From positions 24,142 through 88,141 of the forward strand of contig JBGUPJ010000036.1 in the NCBI GenBank assembly GCA_045130235.1: a stretch of 64,000 nucleotides of DNA. The letters run 5' to 3'. Below, piece by piece: positions 42,973 to 49,733 of the stretch. Positions within the stretch are counted from its first letter, which is position 1. Each line of letters opens with the position of its first letter. The DNA comes from Bacteroidales bacterium. GTDB taxonomy: Bacteria > Bacteroidota > Bacteroidia > Bacteroidales > WCHB1-69. The position numbers and the translations under genes were made by a program. Below the pieces are notes generated by a model. That model was not told the DNA's origin and searched no databases. It saw nothing but the letters and a program-made list of their open reading frames with translations.

Positions 42973-44103
42973 ATGAAAATACAAACCCCATTCAAAACCC
43001 TCCTTCTCCTCGCCCTGCTGGTAGCGGCGGGGGGCTTCAGCCAGCAAGCGATGGCGCAGGAGGACACCTGCATTGTGAATGTTGTCCGCACCTACATGAA
43101 CGGGCGGCAGATACCATGGGACAGCGTACAAGTGCGTGTAAACCTCGTCAATCCGAGTTTCTTTATGATGTATCCACCTGACACTATACTTGCCAATTGT
43201 CCCACAGGCATTCATGAAGACATTCCATCTACGGGTTTCTCTTTATCGCAGAGCTATCCCAATCCCTGTGAGGGTGAGTGCCAGATGAAGCTGACAACTT
43301 GTACGGCAGGGAATGTGCATCTGCAGATCATGGACATGCAGGGACGTTTGTGCTGCCAGCGGACTGAGTCGTTGCCAGCGGGCGAGCACCAGCTGTCGGT
43401 GACGCTTCCTCACAGCGGCGTTTACTTCGTGCAGGCCGAGACAAGCGGCGGCCGCGAGGTAAGCAAGGTGCTGTGCACGGAAGGTAGAGGCAGTGGTTTT
43501 AACATCCGGGTGGCATCCACCTCACCCCAGCTTGTGGAGAAGGCCGAGCGGGGCGGAGAAGGACTGTTCAATGGAGGGGCTTTAATGTGGATTACTGCCT
43601 ATATCACGTATGAGGGAAGGGTGATGAAAAAGACGGAGCAGGTGAACTATTACATTGCAGACAAGTTGTATTCCTATGGTTCTGTCAACATCTTTTTTTC
43701 AGAGAGCGGGAATTGTGACACATTCTCGCTTGCGGGGAAATCCTTTACGGTCGTCTCCGCTCCACTCACCTTGCCGACTATGGATCACCCCATCACGTAT
43801 CGTGTAACCTTTGGTGATTCCACGTTCTATTCAGAACCGACAGAACTCGCACCCTATTCATCCCCCTCATGGTCATTTAGCGGCGAATACAAATATCGTT
43901 ATTATCCTGAAGACTTGGGCGGATGTATTTGCATTGGGGACATCAATGAAGAGATGCCGTCTGAAAACCTTCCGTATTATGTGGTGACGCCCAATTATTG
44001 GATAAGAAAACTTGAAATCATTTCTTGTGATGATTTTAAGATTTTACGATATGATTACGATTGGACGGAACGAAAGAATGAGTATTTTTTGAAAGAAGAA
44101 TAA
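42973..44103 (+). CDS. secreted protein with an internal T9SS type A sorting-domain-like segment (cargo 2 of 3)
   Basis: The signal peptide MKIQTPFKTLLLLALLVAAGGFSQQAMAQ is nearly identical to that of cargo 1. Residues ~89-168 (nt 43237-43476) read LSQSYPNPCEGECQMKL...IMDMQGRL...GEHQLSVTLPHSGVYFVQAETSGGREVSKVL, a typical sorting-domain pattern. About 205 further residues follow it. Confidence 0.7.
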   Translation: MKIQTPFKTLLLLALLVAAGGFSQQAMAQEDTCIVNVVRTYMNGRQIPWDSVQVRVNLVNPSFFMMYPPDTILANCPTGIHEDIPSTGFSLSQSYPNPCEGECQMKLTTCTAGNVHLQIMDMQGRLCCQRTESLPAGEHQLSVTLPHSGVYFVQAETSGGREVSKVLCTEGRGSGFNIRVASTSPQLVEKAERGGEGLFNGGALMWITAYITYEGRVMKKTEQVNYYIADKLYSYGSVNIFFSESGNCDTFSLAGKSFTVVSAPLTLPTMDHPITYRVTFGDSTFYSEPTELAPYSSPSWSFSGEYKYRYYPEDLGGCICIGDINEEMPSENLPYYVVTPNYWIRKLEIISCDDFKILRYDYDWTERKNEYFLKEE

Positions 44104-44113
44104 TCCCAAAACC

Positions 44114-45163
44114 ATGAAAACCATGAAGACAAACCCAATCATTAAAATTGCAACCCTTGCTCTATTGCTTATTGCAGGAGCGGGTATATTTCAGGCAAAG
44201 GCACAGTATCAGTCGTTCTTTGGCGACAGCCTCACAATATATAACGTACAAGGTATGGGAGTTAGCAAAGGCACATCGACTGATGACATTGAATTGATTC
44301 CTGGCAATACGTATGAGTATGGGCTTTTCACAAGAGACACTGTCAATATCAATGGACATCGCTATTACCGATTTTATAGTGAACATTGGGAATACTTGCG
44401 TGAAGACACTGCCACAGGTAGAATTTATAGATATAGTCCTGATGATGAGGAAGAGATTCTGACTTGCGACATGTCGCTATCCGTGGGAGATACCTTCTGG
44501 ATGCCTTTTGATAAATCATATTATTATGACAGTCGGCCCGTTCCCATTGTGGTGGATACAATTTACTTTGTCAATGGATTGAAGACCATTCAATTCAGAA
44601 CAATCTATGAGTGTGGGAGTATGTGGAGTGATGACCCGACGCCTTGTCCCACTCTTTTTGGGGTAGAGGTACATCATCACCCTATTATTTTTGTAGAGGG
44701 GATAGGTCCCAATTTTTCTCCGTTCGGGTGGCTGAATGATGCATTTGAGGAGTGCAATGGAAGCTGTTTCACAGGAGAACAGGAACTTCATTGTGGCTAT
44801 GGACACTGGAATCCTTTCTTATTGTGTGTGTACAAAGACCGTGAGTTAGTTTTTATGTCGGATGCACAGATTGGCTGCTGGCAGGATAACAATATTTCCA
44901 TACAAGAAAACCAGCCTTTGCCATTTTCCATTTACCCCAACCCCACCACCCATACCCTGACGGTGGAAACCGCCAGCCCCATCCGCGAAATCACCGTGTA
45001 CGACCTTGCCGGACGGGTGATGATGACGGCGGAGGGCGGAACGGTAGAGACGTGCCATGGCGCGTCTCTACAGGTGGATGTTTCATCCCTGCCCAATGGC
45101 ATCTACCTGCTGCGTGCCGTAACCGACAACGGCGTGGAAACGGGACGGTTTGTGAAGAATTGA
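44114..45163 (+). CDS. secreted protein with a T9SS type A C-terminal sorting domain (cargo 3 of 3)
   Basis: Signal peptide ...IATLALLLIAGAGIFQAKAQ. The N-domain resembles cargo 1 (ING.RYYRFY...LREDTATGRIYRY versus ICGKNYLKVY...IRNDTAAQRVYGVY). C-terminus reads IYPNPTTHTLTVE...VYDLAGRV...LPNGIYLLRA...GRFVKN. Confidence 0.8.
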   Translation: MKTMKTNPIIKIATLALLLIAGAGIFQAKAQYQSFFGDSLTIYNVQGMGVSKGTSTDDIELIPGNTYEYGLFTRDTVNINGHRYYRFYSEHWEYLREDTATGRIYRYSPDDEEEILTCDMSLSVGDTFWMPFDKSYYYDSRPVPIVVDTIYFVNGLKTIQFRTIYECGSMWSDDPTPCPTLFGVEVHHHPIIFVEGIGPNFSPFGWLNDAFEECNGSCFTGEQELHCGYGHWNPFLLCVYKDRELVFMSDAQIGCWQDNNISIQENQPLPFSIYPNPTTHTLTVETASPIREITVYDLAGRVMMTAEGGTVETCHGASLQVDVSSLPNGIYLLRAVTDNGVETGRFVKN

Positions 45164-45455
45164 AAATTGAGAATTGAAAATTGAAAGGTGGTGGATTTTC
45201 TCGGATTTTCACTATCTTTGCACGCGGGAATGTGAGGAGGGGAGGAGGGGATGAAAAGATGAAAGGATGAAAAGATGAAGGGATGAAATGTGTGGGTGTA
45301 GAGACGTTGCGCGCAACGTCTCTACCTTCAACAAATCAACGCATCAACAAATCAACGCATCAACAAATCAACGAATCAACATTTTTCCCCTCCCCCGTCT
45401 GCAATTCAATTCCTTTTTGTACTTTTGCAAACTGTAAATTGAAAATTATCCCATT
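45164..45455 (+). repeat. modular intergenic element B (homolog of element A plus an extended leader)
   Basis: ATTGARA heptads x4 overlap the cargo-3 stop. The -7 box TATCTTTG is at 45213-45220. Chained ATGs lie at 45251, 45259, 45267, 45275 and 45283. The identical palindrome is at 45298-45325. The leader has (CAACAAATCAACGCAT)x2 plus CAACAAATCAACGAATCAAC. A second -7 box TACTTTTG is at 45420-45427. Confidence 0.9.
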
Positions 45456-45947
45456 ATGAAAAGATTTATTTTCTCCCTCTGTATGATTTGCCTCATAGGA
45501 GGACTGTGCGCACAATGCACCTCCATGGCCCCTTCATCAGACACTCCTCCCGGAAAAGGGAAAGTGAATAAAATCACGCAATCTGAATTTGCCAAGAAAA
45601 TCTTCGATTACAACGATCCGCAAGCCCTCTACCAAGGCAAAAAGCCCATTGTGGTGGACTGCTACGCCGACTGGTGCGGACCGTGCCGCGCCCTCGCCCC
45701 CACCATTGAGGAACTGGCCGCCGAGTATGAAGGAAAAGTCATCTTCTATAAACTGAATGTTGACAATGCTAAAGAATTGTCCAAAGCACTGCAAATCAGA
45801 AATATCCCCACCTTACTCCTCATCAAACCTAACACACCTCCGCAACGTTCTGTCGGATTAGTGGATAAAGCCACTTTGACCAAATCGATCGACGATTTCC
45901 TGCTCGCTCCAACCGATGAGAATGATAATTCTTCTGATAATCAATAA
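45456..45947 (+). CDS. lipoprotein-anchored thioredoxin (WCGPC)
   Basis: Lipobox LIGGLCAQC, and VVDCYADWCGPCRALAP with the thioredoxin fold. Confidence 0.85.
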   Translation: MKRFIFSLCMICLIGGLCAQCTSMAPSSDTPPGKGKVNKITQSEFAKKIFDYNDPQALYQGKKPIVVDCYADWCGPCRALAPTIEELAAEYEGKVIFYKLNVDNAKELSKALQIRNIPTLLLIKPNTPPQRSVGLVDKATLTKSIDDFLLAPTDENDNSSDNQ

Positions 45948-45981
45948 ATTTACCATTTACATTTCACCTGTTTTTTTATTT

Positions 45982-46509
45982 ATGAAAAAATTCTACTTTA
46001 CCATTGCCCTAGCTATTTTGGTTGGATGCCTCTGCATTCAATGCAACTCCTCTCAAACAGAATCTGAACCCGCCAAACCGACCGAACAACCCAAAGAAAC
46101 TAATAGTCAGCCCGACACCACCACCGAAAATACAGACCTGGAAACTATAGTTGTCAACGGCAAAGTGAATCATCTCACCCAAGATGGATTCATAGAAAAC
46201 GTGTTTGATTTCAACGATCCTGTTGCTGTTTATACCGGCAAAACACCCGTTGTGGTGGACTGCTCTGCCGACTGGTGCGTATGGTGCAAAAGGCTGGCTC
46301 CCCATCTTGAGGCATTGGCTGCACAATATGATGGACAAATTATTTTCTATGAGATTGATATGGACCACGCTTCGAAATTAGCGAATGCTATGGAAATTGA
46401 AGGCCTTCCCACTCTTTTGCTCATCAAGCCCAATTCTCGGGCCGAAAAATTAGAAGGTTACATGGAAAAATCTGATTTGGAGAAAGAACTCAAAAAAGCT
46501 TTCTTTTAA
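45982..46509 (+). CDS. lipoprotein-anchored thioredoxin-like protein with a variant WCVWC motif
   Basis: Start trimmed to MKKFYFTIALAILVGCLCIQC. VVDCSADWCVWCKRLAP. Paralog of the upstream gene. Confidence 0.8.
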   Translation: MKKFYFTIALAILVGCLCIQCNSSQTESEPAKPTEQPKETNSQPDTTTENTDLETIVVNGKVNHLTQDGFIENVFDFNDPVAVYTGKTPVVVDCSADWCVWCKRLAPHLEALAAQYDGQIIFYEIDMDHASKLANAMEIEGLPTLLLIKPNSRAEKLEGYMEKSDLEKELKKAFF

Positions 46510-46537
46510 TTCACAGACTTTAGTGTTTGTTGTTGCT

Positions 46538-46568
46538 TGCCCTCCTGCAATGCAAGAGGGCATTTTTA
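46538..46568. terminator. hairpin between convergent thioredoxin and TetR genes
   Basis: TGCCCTC...GAGGGCA stem followed by TTTTTATTT. Confidence 0.5.
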
Positions 46569-47186
46569 TTTCTTCAAACCATTAAAAATCAATGTTTTAA
46601 TCTCTTCTTTCCGATGCGATAAGTACCCCTCCACCTCTTCCTGATTTTGAAGGAACATATCGCTGTACAACGGCAGCGACAGGAAAGTGAACACCACCAA
46701 CGAGATGACATCCAACGTAAGATCCATGGTCTCGATGGGCCGGATGTTGCCCTTCTCCACCTCCTCTTTCACCAGCTGATCCCATGCCGCGTAGTAGTTG
46801 AGGTATTCCATGTTGGTGATGATTTTCATCCGCATGGTCTGCCGGCGCTCTTCGTTCATCACCAGCTCCGTCATGAGGAAGAAGGGCAGTTTGCGGTGGT
46901 GCGAAAGCATGTTGAAGTAGTTGTCTATCAGCTGGGTTAGCGCGTGCCAAAAATCCATTTCCCCCTCTTTTTCGGTGCGGATGAATTGCAGAAGCAGTTG
47001 GAATTTTTTGGTGAAAATCTGTTGGAAAAGATTTTCTTTGGTACGGAAATAGTAGTGTATCAGTGCCTGATTGCAGCCTACCCGTTTGGCGATATCGGTG
47101 GTGGAGGTGGCATCAAACCCGTTTTCCATGAACAGCTCTTCTGCCGTTTGAAGGATTTTTTCCTCTAATTGTGAATTCTTTGACAT
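46566..47186 (-). CDS. TetR/AcrR family transcriptional regulator
   Basis: N-terminal HTH ILQTAEELFMENGFDATSTTDIAKRVGCNQALIHYYFRTKENLF. Confidence 0.88.
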   Translation of the reverse strand: MSKNSQLEEKILQTAEELFMENGFDATSTTDIAKRVGCNQALIHYYFRTKENLFQQIFTKKFQLLLQFIRTEKEGEMDFWHALTQLIDNYFNMLSHHRKLPFFLMTELVMNEERRQTMRMKIITNMEYLNYYAAWDQLVKEEVEKGNIRPIETMDLTLDVISLVVFTFLSLPLYSDMFLQNQEEVEGYLSHRKEEIKTLIFNGLKK

Positions 47187-47213
47187 GATGTTTTCTTTTT
47201 GATAATGAAAGAA

Positions 47214-49721
47214 TTACTGCTTTGACATAGCCTGTTTGCAGTTCTCGACCATGAAGTGGAGGCGGTTGAAGACGTTGGCCTCGGAGGTGCCGCTGTCGAA
47301 GTCGAGAAAGAGCAGGTTGAGCTGCGGATAGACCTCTTTGAGCCGTTTCTCCACGCCTTTGGAGATGATGTGGTTGGCGATACAGCCGAAAGGCTGCAGG
47401 CTTACCACGTTGGTGATACCGTTTTCGGCCAGATGGCAGATTTCGCCGGGCAGGAACCACCCTTCGCCGAAATCGCCGGCCATATTCACCACCTGTTCGG
47501 CCAAGCGGGCATCTTCATACACATGCGTCAGCGGACGGTAGAAGGGGAACGGCTCGCAGATGGCGTTGAACTGCTGGATTTTTTTGTATAAAAGATTGTA
47601 AACGAAGTCGTTCAGCCACGCCGAATGCTTCACCTCCTTGATGTTCAGCCGCCGGTTGATATGGTTGTTGGCGAAGCCGGTGGTGAGGAAGCCGATGAGG
47701 GCGGGCGGCACCACCTCCACGCCATGTTCCTCCAACCAGTTGGTGACATATTTGTTGCTGAAACCGTTGTATTTCACATAGATCTCACCCACCAGCCCGA
47801 TTACCGGCACCTGCTTGGTGGTGTCGATGGCCGCGGTAAAAGCCGAAACGGCCTCGCCCAACAGTTGGCGCAAACCCTTTGAGTTTCTAGCCTCTATCAG
47901 CGGCAAGGCACGTTCCGTGTACTTTTGCCGCAGCTGCTTCACGCTGCCGGGCACCTTTTCGCGCACCACCGCCGCATGGTACAGCTTCGCCAAGCAGTCG
48001 GCATACAGCACTGTATTGACGGTGATACCCAGCACCTTACGCCATGGGATGGTAAAACCTGGCTGGCTGGCCTTCACCGAGGCACTTAGGGCGAGCGAGA
48101 GCACCGGAATATCCTGCATGCCCGCCGACACCAGCGCGTTCTTAATCAACGAGTAGTAGTTGGAGGCACGGCACTGTCCGCCCGTCTGCGTCATGATGAC
48201 GGCCACATCGTTGAGGTCGTACTCGCCACTCAGCAGGGCGTTCATGATGGAACCCACCACGATGGTGGCGGGATAGCACACCTCGTTGTTGGCATATTTG
48301 AGGCCCATCTCAGCGGCCTGCTGGTTGCCCATAGGAAGTGTAATCAATTTATAACCAGCCACTTTAAAGATAGAAGGGAAGAACTCGGAATAGCCTTCCG
48401 CAAAATAAGGTCCTATCAAGGTGCGCCGGCGCTCTTTCTTGGTGAACAGGCGGGTGGTGACGTACGGGTCGGGGATGTTGGCGCCCTGCTCGTCCACCGC
48501 CCCCACCGGCTGGCCGAAGCCGCTCACCGACTCCACCAGCGAGCGCACCCGCAACCGCAAGGAACCGATGTTGTTCACATCGTCGATTTTCAGGATGGTG
48601 TGATTTTTGTGAAAACGCTTCAGCACGGCGTTCACCTCATCGAGGATGAAGGCGTCGGGGCCGCAGCCGAAGGAGGTGAGCTGCACGAAATGCAGGTTGC
48701 GGTAGGGATGCTTGCCCACGAAATAGGCCGCCTTGAAGATACGGTTGGGGTAGCTCCATTGCGACATGGCGTTGAGCTCGTTATACACCTCCGCGCCCTT
48801 TACCGCCGCTGTGTTTTCGGTGATGACATCGATGCCCATGTCGGCGATGGCGTGGGAGATTTTGTGCTCGATGAGCGGGTCGATATGGTAGGGGCGGCCG
48901 GCCAGCAGGATGACCATCCGCTTCTCGCGGATGGCGGACTCCAGAATCTCGTTGCCGCGTTGTGCCAACGCCGACAGATAGTCCTCCTGTGCCTGCCAGG
49001 CCTTGTCGATGGCGCGGAAGGCCACCTCTTTCGGCACGTTCAGCGTCTGCAGGTAGGCCCAGCACGACTTCTGCATCAGCTTCGGGTTGTTGAAGGTGAT
49101 GACGGGGGCATCGAACGGGATGCCCGCCTTCTGCGCCGGGTCCATCGAGCTTTTGATGACATCGGAGTAGCCCGCCACAATCGGGCAGTTGTAGCTGTTT
49201 CCCGACTTTTCATCCTCTTTACGCTCATACACCACATACGGGTAAAAGATGCGATCTACCTTTTGGGCGATCAGGTCGTTGATATGGCCGTGCATCAGCT
49301 TGGCGGGGAAACAGATGTTGTCGGCCATAATAGCCCGTAAACCACTCTCATACAGCGCGTTGTTTGACGCTTTAGAGAGAACGGGGCGGAAACCGCACTC
49401 GCTGAAAAGGGTTTTCCAGAACGGATAGTTTTCGTAGATGCCCAATCCACGTGGGATGCCGATGGCGGGCGCGTTGGCGGGCAACTCGCGTTCGGGTTTG
49501 CTAAAGAGCATTTTGTATTTCTCTGCAAACATATTGATGCCTCTTCGCTGCTCCTGCTGGGTATTGGAATAGACCTTTTCGCAGTTGTTGCCGGAGAAGA
49601 AGGTCTTGCCGTTCTGGAAATGGAACAACTTGACGGTGCAGTGGTTCTCGCAACCGGGGCATATCTCAAACGCCGACTCATAGCTGTTGGCGGATATCAG
49701 GTCATTCAGGTTAGTGGACAT
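47214..49721 (-). CDS. acyl-CoA dehydratase activase-related protein (DUF2229-type, non-ATPase half)
   Basis: 835 aa. N-terminal Cys cluster CPGCENHCTVKLF..NGKTFFSGNNCEK. The family normally occurs fused to, or next to, double BcrAD/BadFG ATPases. A 12-nt gap separates it from the upstream ATPase gene. Confidence 0.7.
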   Translation of the reverse strand: MSTNLNDLISANSYESAFEICPGCENHCTVKLFHFQNGKTFFSGNNCEKVYSNTQQEQRRGINMFAEKYKMLFSKPERELPANAPAIGIPRGLGIYENYPFWKTLFSECGFRPVLSKASNNALYESGLRAIMADNICFPAKLMHGHINDLIAQKVDRIFYPYVVYERKEDEKSGNSYNCPIVAGYSDVIKSSMDPAQKAGIPFDAPVITFNNPKLMQKSCWAYLQTLNVPKEVAFRAIDKAWQAQEDYLSALAQRGNEILESAIREKRMVILLAGRPYHIDPLIEHKISHAIADMGIDVITENTAAVKGAEVYNELNAMSQWSYPNRIFKAAYFVGKHPYRNLHFVQLTSFGCGPDAFILDEVNAVLKRFHKNHTILKIDDVNNIGSLRLRVRSLVESVSGFGQPVGAVDEQGANIPDPYVTTRLFTKKERRRTLIGPYFAEGYSEFFPSIFKVAGYKLITLPMGNQQAAEMGLKYANNEVCYPATIVVGSIMNALLSGEYDLNDVAVIMTQTGGQCRASNYYSLIKNALVSAGMQDIPVLSLALSASVKASQPGFTIPWRKVLGITVNTVLYADCLAKLYHAAVVREKVPGSVKQLRQKYTERALPLIEARNSKGLRQLLGEAVSAFTAAIDTTKQVPVIGLVGEIYVKYNGFSNKYVTNWLEEHGVEVVPPALIGFLTTGFANNHINRRLNIKEVKHSAWLNDFVYNLLYKKIQQFNAICEPFPFYRPLTHVYEDARLAEQVVNMAGDFGEGWFLPGEICHLAENGITNVVSLQPFGCIANHIISKGVEKRLKEVYPQLNLLFLDFDSGTSEANVFNRLHFMVENCKQAMSKQ

Positions 49722-49733
49722 GGTGGTTGTAGT

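Noticed and set aside
41550-45455. The tandem repeats (heptads, octamers, CAACAAAT units, TCAAATCT units, the 23-bp triple repeat) as CRISPR arrays.
   Set aside because: The units are 7-23 bp and directly abutting, with no 25-40 bp unique spacers. No cas genes are present in the window.
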